Positions 18,084-23,101 of a DNA stretch of 23,101 nucleotides are shown here, piece by piece. The notes beneath the pieces are model-generated. The model saw only the letters and a program-made list of their open reading frames with translations. It was not told the DNA's origin and made no database searches. Position 1 is the stretch's first letter. Each line of letters starts with the position of its first letter. The DNA is taken from positions 1 to 23,101 of the forward strand of contig JBCCXZ010000059.1 in assembly GCA_039190745.1 (NCBI GenBank), read 5' to 3'. The translations under genes were made by a program, and so were the position numbers. The stretch is from Planctomycetota bacterium (GTDB taxonomy: Bacteria; Planctomycetota; Planctomycetia; Pirellulales; Lacipirellulaceae).

Positions 18084-18372
18084 GGCTGAAACCTGTTGTC
18101 TATCAAAGACTTGTCGCTCAACGATCGCAAACACCGATGCGTTTTGAGCCGCCTGCCGACTGATCCCGTTGATCAGCAGCTGGTGGGGCCCATTTCGCCT
18201 CTATTTATGGTAGGCAAGCCCGGATTCGGGCTCCAAGCAGATTGCCTAACTCGTGTTACAGAATTGACTTAGGAAGCTTGCAACCGGCCCGCATAACCGG
18301 AACCGCCGGGAATTGGGGCCCATGATCGAGAAGGCCAGTCTGCGTCGACGCCGGACTGCCTTGAGAAACCAC

Positions 18373-18600
18373 ATGGAAGCCACGGTCTACACGAGGACGG
18401 GATGCTGCCTTTGCGACGATGCAAAGTCGCTCCTGGAGAGGTATGGATTTTGCGTCCATGAGATCGACATCGATGAAAACCCTGAGCTCGTGGCCCAGCA
18501 CGGTGAGTGTGTCCCGGTCGTTGCGATCGACGGCAAAGTCCGTTTCCGAGGCCGAATTGATGAGGTTCTGCTGAATCGACTCTTGAGTGGCCGCCGTTGA
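18373..18600 (+). CDS. Glutaredoxin-like protein (DUF836/NrdH-like)
   Basis: VYTRTGCCLCDDA (CxxC), IDID, VPVVAIDG; stop overlaps the next start (TTGA). Confidence 0.85.
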   Translation: MEATVYTRTGCCLCDDAKSLLERYGFCVHEIDIDENPELVAQHGECVPVVAIDGKVRFRGRIDEVLLNRLLSGRR

Positions 18601-19274
18601 CCGACGTTCGCAAACCATTGACTGAAAAATGCTTAGGAGTCTTCGCAAAGCACTGGACGCCCGGCAGAGTGAAGACACGCCTTGCGGCGGCGATCGGCCC
18701 GAAGATAGCAGCCGAGGTCTACTTGGGTTGCTTGCGATGCAGCCTGGGACGGTTTAGCCAACTCGGCTGCCGGCGCCTTGTGGCTTACAGTCCGCCGGAG
18801 AAACGAGCCGCATTCGAGAGCGTCTTGCCCACCGGATGGGGCTTGGTCGAGCAGAGCTCAGGCGACCTGGGCGCCAGGATGAGCCGGTTCTTCGAGCAAC
18901 GATGCCTGGCGGGCGACAGGCGCGTTGTGGTGGTGGGCAGCGACAGCCCTAGCCTGTCGATCGAGCGGATCTCAGCGGCGTTTGAGTTGCTTGAGGATGT
19001 TCCGGTCGTGCTCGGGCCCAGTGAAGATGGCGGCTACTACTTGGTAGGCTTAAACCAGCCGATCCCAGAACTCTTCGAGGGCATCGAATGGGGCGGGGAG
19101 CGTGTTCTGGAGCAGAGCCTAGCGGTTCTACGCCGTGTGGGTGCCTCAGCAGAGTTGCTGCCGGGCTGGTACGACTTGGACGTGGAAGCCGACCTTCAGC
19201 GTCTGCGGGCGGAATTGGCCAGCGACCCGGGCATCGACTCTCACCTCCGAGAGCTCCTAGAAACACTAAAATAA
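18597..19274 (+). CDS. TIGR04282/DUF2064 family nucleotide-sugar transferase-like protein
   Basis: FAK..PGRVKTRL, Q..GDLGARM, VGSDSP, VLGPSEDGGYYLVG, WYDLD. Confidence 0.88.
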   Translation: MTDVRKPLTEKCLGVFAKHWTPGRVKTRLAAAIGPKIAAEVYLGCLRCSLGRFSQLGCRRLVAYSPPEKRAAFESVLPTGWGLVEQSSGDLGARMSRFFEQRCLAGDRRVVVVGSDSPSLSIERISAAFELLEDVPVVLGPSEDGGYYLVGLNQPIPELFEGIEWGGERVLEQSLAVLRRVGASAELLPGWYDLDVEADLQRLRAELASDPGIDSHLRELLETLK

Positions 19275-19292
19275 GGCCGGATTGCGAGTCCG

Positions 19293-20486
19293 ATGGAAGC
19301 CGGAACCTCTTGCTCTTCTCCGATTCGGCCCGACCTGCTGATCGTCGGCGGGGGTGTTGTCGGACTGACGATTGCCCGCGAGGCTGCCGGCCGCGGTTGG
19401 AGCGTCGAGCTGATCGATCGCGGCCCGATCGGCGGCGAAGCGTCGTGGGCGGGCGCGGGGATGGTCCCGCCGGGCTGTGCGAAGGATCGTGCCGCGGAAG
19501 CCACGCCTCAGGAGCAACTCTCGGGGCTCAGCTCTCGTTTGCACGAGGAGCTGCACGGTCGGCTCCTTGATGAGACCGGGCTCGACAACGGCTACCGACG
19601 GTGCGGGGCGGTCTACTTGGCGGATTCGGTTCAGCCCTCTGGGTGGTTGAACCAACTCAAGCACTGGCAACGACTGGGGGTTGCGGCGGAAGCGGTGGAT
19701 CAACATACGCTTCAGTTCATGGAGCCTGGGATCCGTGCTCTTGGGCGAGATCAAGCGGCCGCGGTCGTGCCTGCCGAGGCCCAGATCCGCAATCCTTGGC
19801 ATCTGCGGGCACTGGCAGAGAGCTGCCGGCTCCGTGACGTAAGGCTGCGGCCAGGCGTTGCGCTAGTGGAGGTGAAACTCAGCGGGGCTGTAATCCGCAG
19901 GGTGCAGACGACCGAAGGCCCGATCGAAGCCGGCGCGGTCTGCATTGCCTCCGGCTGTTGGTCGGGAGGGATCGCGGAGACGCTCGGACTGCGGCTGCCG
20001 ACGGTTCCCGTCCGTGGGCAGATCGCTCTCCTTCATGCCGAGCCCGGTTTGCTCAAGAGGGTCGTCAATATCGGCAAGCGGTACCTCGTCCCGCGGGAAG
20101 ACGGGCGGATCTTGGTGGGTTCGACCGAGGAGAACGTCGGCTTTGAGAAGGGTAACACGCCGGAGGCCGTCGACGGGCTGCTGCGACTCGCTCGCGGAAT
20201 CGTGCCGGCCTTGGAAGGGCTCGTTCCCGATCAAAAGTGGAGTGGTTTGCGGCCCTCGACGCCGGACGGCTTGCCGTATCTCGGCAAGCTGGGGGAGTTT
20301 ACGAACGCCTGGATCGCGGCGGGACACTTTCGGGCGGGGCTGAGTCAATCGACCGGCACCGCCGCATTGATGCTGCGGCTCATAGCCGGAGAACCGCCCT
20401 CGATGGATGTTGGCGCGTTCGACCCGGGCAGGTTCTCCGACGGAGTGCTGGGCCCGTCGCTGGGCGGGGCTTTATCGTCGATCTGA
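19293..20486 (+). CDS. thiO: FAD-dependent oxidoreductase, glycine oxidase ThiO-like
   Basis: GGGVVG dinucleotide-binding motif, EASWAGAGM, PVRGQ, YLVPREDG, WSGLRP, GHFRAG. The family is clear; the substrate is not. Confidence 0.8.
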   Translation: MEAGTSCSSPIRPDLLIVGGGVVGLTIAREAAGRGWSVELIDRGPIGGEASWAGAGMVPPGCAKDRAAEATPQEQLSGLSSRLHEELHGRLLDETGLDNGYRRCGAVYLADSVQPSGWLNQLKHWQRLGVAAEAVDQHTLQFMEPGIRALGRDQAAAVVPAEAQIRNPWHLRALAESCRLRDVRLRPGVALVEVKLSGAVIRRVQTTEGPIEAGAVCIASGCWSGGIAETLGLRLPTVPVRGQIALLHAEPGLLKRVVNIGKRYLVPREDGRILVGSTEENVGFEKGNTPEAVDGLLRLARGIVPALEGLVPDQKWSGLRPSTPDGLPYLGKLGEFTNAWIAAGHFRAGLSQSTGTAALMLRLIAGEPPSMDVGAFDPGRFSDGVLGPSLGGALSSI

Positions 20487-21040
20487 CTGGCGTGGCGCCA
20501 TGCGTTCCGGGTGACGGGCCCGAAGCTGCCGGCGAGGAATCCGACCCAAGCGCCGAGGATGCCGCACGAGAAGGCTCCGACAATCAAACCGGGGACACTC
20601 GGCAGTGCCTGCTGCCAAAGCACCGCCAGCAGCAGGCCGCCCAGCGACGCGGCGACCGCGCCGATGACCGTCGACCTCAGAGTCCACACGCTGCGGAAGT
20701 CTTTCTCAGCAAGCGGAACGTAAGTGGGCAGGTTCAGAGCCGCGAGATCCTCGGTATTTTGGGTGACGATCGGTTGGTCTTTTTCACCGTCGACCGATGC
20801 GGCTCCCCAGCGGCGGTAGTCCTTGCTTGTGTCGCGTAAGCGGGTGCCAACCATCGTAGCGAAGACGTGGGCCCCGATCAGGATGGCGGCCGCCCCGATC
20901 ACGATCGGCAGGTTGCCCGGCGAGCGGACGATGGCGGTGCACAGGACGCAGCCGATCGATAGCCAAACAAACAAGTGCTTCAGGCCGAACCGAAACAACT
21001 GCGGTGCGGGCGCTGGCGGCAGTGGCTCGGTGTGAGGCAT
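20345..21040 (-). CDS. Hypothetical membrane protein (about 4 TM)
   Basis: ATG start; FRFGLKHLF then two pairs of hydrophobic helices; fills an otherwise empty gap. Its 3' end overlaps the thiO-like gene. Confidence 0.7.
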   Translation of the reverse strand: MPHTEPLPPAPAPQLFRFGLKHLFVWLSIGCVLCTAIVRSPGNLPIVIGAAAILIGAHVFATMVGTRLRDTSKDYRRWGAASVDGEKDQPIVTQNTEDLAALNLPTYVPLAEKDFRSVWTLRSTVIGAVAASLGGLLLAVLWQQALPSVPGLIVGAFSCGILGAWVGFLAGSFGPVTRNAWRHASQIDDKAPPSDGPSTPSENLPGSNAPTSIEGGSPAMSRSINAAVPVD

Positions 21041-21433
21041 AGGGGAATCTTCGATAGAAGTCGCCGCCGGGGCAAGACGGCGTCCCGTGATCTGCGTGCG
21101 GCTTGCCGCCTTGTCAGCAGCGATGGATGGGCGGTCTTAACAGACGATCGTATTTGCCTAAGGCGACGTTGTTTTCTTGTCCAAAAGTATGAACGTGCAC
21201 GGCCAGAGGTTACTCTTCTTGCCGAACCCTTCGTGCTTTGGGCTTGCCGCTGTTTATCAGCGCAGGTGGCCACTCGCTACAAAGAAAACCGTGAGTCACG
21301 GGTGGGCTTGAGATTCGGGAATCGGGGCGGTTGGGGTATGCTCTCTGGCGTGCGGGCCGTGGCGGGTGGCGTTCGGGGAACCGCCGACGCGTAGTTCGGG
21401 GGCTGCCACAGTCCGCCTTGGAGACTGGTGCTT

Positions 21434-22627
21434 ATGCGTGGCCGACTCTTGATGGATCGCCGGGATTTGATGCGCTACGCGGCCGCAGCGGGCCCGGTGC
21501 TTGCCTTCGGCAGGGCGGCGTTCGGCGCCGAAGACGCGGCGGATGGCGGCGGGATGAATGTGCACGGGCGCGTGCCGCCCAATGCGGAGCCGCCGCTCGG
21601 GCGTCTCGTCGACCATTGGATCACGCCGACCGAGTGGTTCTATGTGCGGAGCCATGCTCCGACGCCTAACATCGACGCTGCGTCGTTCCGGTTGACGGTC
21701 GACGGGTTGGTGGACAAACCACTGAACCTCTCGCTCGACGAGTTGAAGTCGGAATTCACCGCGGAACATCGTGCGGCAACGATGACCTGCGCGGGCAACC
21801 GCCGCAACGAGCACAGCCTGGTGAAGCAAGTGAAAGGCGTGCCGTGGGGTGCGGGGGCCATCGGCAACGCCCTCTGGACCGGTGCGCCGTTGCGGGAAGT
21901 GCTTGAGCGGGCCGGGGTACGGGCGGGGGCCAAGCACGTTTGCTTCGAGGGCTTGGACGCGGTGCCGCGGCCGGACGGGGTCATCCCGTTCGGGGCCTCA
22001 ATCCCGCTTGAGAAAGCCATGGCTCCGGCCTCGGCCGGCGAGCCGCTGTTGGCCTGGGCGATGAACGAGGAACCGCTGACGCCCGACCACGGGTTCCCCT
22101 TACGGACTGTAGTACCGGGCTACATTGGGGCGCGGAGCGTCAAGTGGATCGGGCGGGTGACGGTGACCGATCGTCCTTCGTCAAACCACTTCGTGGCGAC
22201 GGCGTACAAGACTGTTACCGAAGACACGGCGGAAGCGTGGAGCGCTGAGTCGCCGATCCAAACGAACGTGCTCAACAGCGTGACTTGTTCCGTAAGCGTG
22301 TCTACGAACGAGGCCGGCGACCGGCGGTACCTGGAGGCGGTCGGCTATGCGTTGCCGTCTGGCTTGCCTGGGGCGCGGGTGACCAAGGTGGAGGTTTCGA
22401 TCGACGGCGGACAGACGTGGGATGCCGCGGGGATTCGGAACCGAGGCCAAGATTACTGCTGGGTGCAGTGGTACGTGAAAGCACGGCTGTGGGGTCGAGC
22501 CGACCAGCGGGAAGTTGTGGTGCGTGCAACCGACTCGACCGGGGCAACTCAGCCGGAAGAAGTCCCTTGGAACCTGAAGGGCTACCTGTTCAACGCATGG
22601 CACCGCACGCCGGTGGCCCTGGGCTGA
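21434..22627 (+). CDS. Tat-exported sulfite oxidase family molybdoenzyme (SorA/SorT-like); start could be 21452
   Basis: Tat motif DRRDLM with AFG-AED cleavage-like site; FYVRSH, Mo-ligand CAGNRR, HGFPLR..VPGYIGARSVKW, WNLKGY; GGAG upstream. Confidence 0.9.
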   Translation: MRGRLLMDRRDLMRYAAAAGPVLAFGRAAFGAEDAADGGGMNVHGRVPPNAEPPLGRLVDHWITPTEWFYVRSHAPTPNIDAASFRLTVDGLVDKPLNLSLDELKSEFTAEHRAATMTCAGNRRNEHSLVKQVKGVPWGAGAIGNALWTGAPLREVLERAGVRAGAKHVCFEGLDAVPRPDGVIPFGASIPLEKAMAPASAGEPLLAWAMNEEPLTPDHGFPLRTVVPGYIGARSVKWIGRVTVTDRPSSNHFVATAYKTVTEDTAEAWSAESPIQTNVLNSVTCSVSVSTNEAGDRRYLEAVGYALPSGLPGARVTKVEVSIDGGQTWDAAGIRNRGQDYCWVQWYVKARLWGRADQREVVVRATDSTGATQPEEVPWNLKGYLFNAWHRTPVALG

Positions 22628-22648
22628 GATTCCGAACCGGGCAGTCAG

Positions 22649-23101
22649 TCAGTTCTGCAGCGAGTTCCGCCGGGTGGGGACGTGTTCCTTAGCCATGATC
22701 GCCGCGATTTGGCTAACGATCTCTGGGTTTGAGTCCGCGACGTTGTTCTGCTCGCCTAGGTCGTCGGCGAGGTTATAGAGTTCGATCGGAGCGGCGGGGT
22801 CTTCCAGGACGTTGAGGCGGACGCCCTTCCAGTCACCCATGCGGACGGCCTGCTTGCCGCCGCGTTCGTAGAACTCCCAGTAGAGGTGATCGTGTTTCGC
22901 TTGCCTCCGCTCGGTGCCGTCGCTAAACGTCCGCTCGCCGAGCAGGGTCGCCATGTAGGAGATACCGTCGGTGTCTTTCGGGGGCTTGAGGCCGGCCGCT
23001 TGGCATGCGGTGGGGACGAAGTCCCAGAAGGCGGAGACGTGGTCGGAAGTGCGGCCCGGCTTGATGTGCTGGGGCCATCGGGCGATCAGCGGCACGCGTA
23101 C
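22649..23101 (-). CDS. Arylsulfatase family protein, C-terminal part (5' end outside window)
   Basis: RVPLIARWP, DFVPT, DGIS, LYWEF, AVRMGDWK, ELYNLADDLGEQNN. Confidence 0.9.
   Translation of the reverse strand, partial: VRVPLIARWPQHIKPGRTSDHVSAFWDFVPTACQAAGLKPPKDTDGISYMATLLGERTFSDGTERRQAKHDHLYWEFYERGGKQAVRMGDWKGVRLNVLEDPAAPIELYNLADDLGEQNNVADSNPEIVSQIAAIMAKEHVPTRRNSLQN

Overview
GC-rich window, most likely from a planctomycete (Pirellulales-like), inferred from a DUF1559 prepilin-type protein, the long N-terminal region of ATP synthase subunit a and a sulfatase. In order it holds: partial ftsY; a sigma54-type promoter; amtB; a 749-bp non-coding gap; glnK; two small minus-strand genes; a complete minus-strand F0F1 ATP synthase operon (atpZ-like, atpI-like, atpBEFHAGDC; H+-type c subunit); a divergent DUF4912 gene and larE; a DUF1559 gene and partner; an HEXXH protein; a glutaredoxin-like/TIGR04282/ThiO-like operon; a membrane protein; a Tat-exported sulfite oxidase-family enzyme; and the 3' end of a sulfatase. 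The most unusual signals are non-coding and lie in the amtB-glnK locus. The amtB leader forms a stem enclosing three repeated mini-hairpins. The amtB-glnK gap is packed with long hairpins whose mismatches are mostly G-U pairs on the + strand. It includes two copies of a bulged hairpin module that keeps its pairing while changing sequence, and four boxA-like repeats. GlnK lacks the uridylylation site Tyr51. Together these suggest RNA-level control of ammonium uptake (inference). All calls were made by eye, with no database search or folding program.
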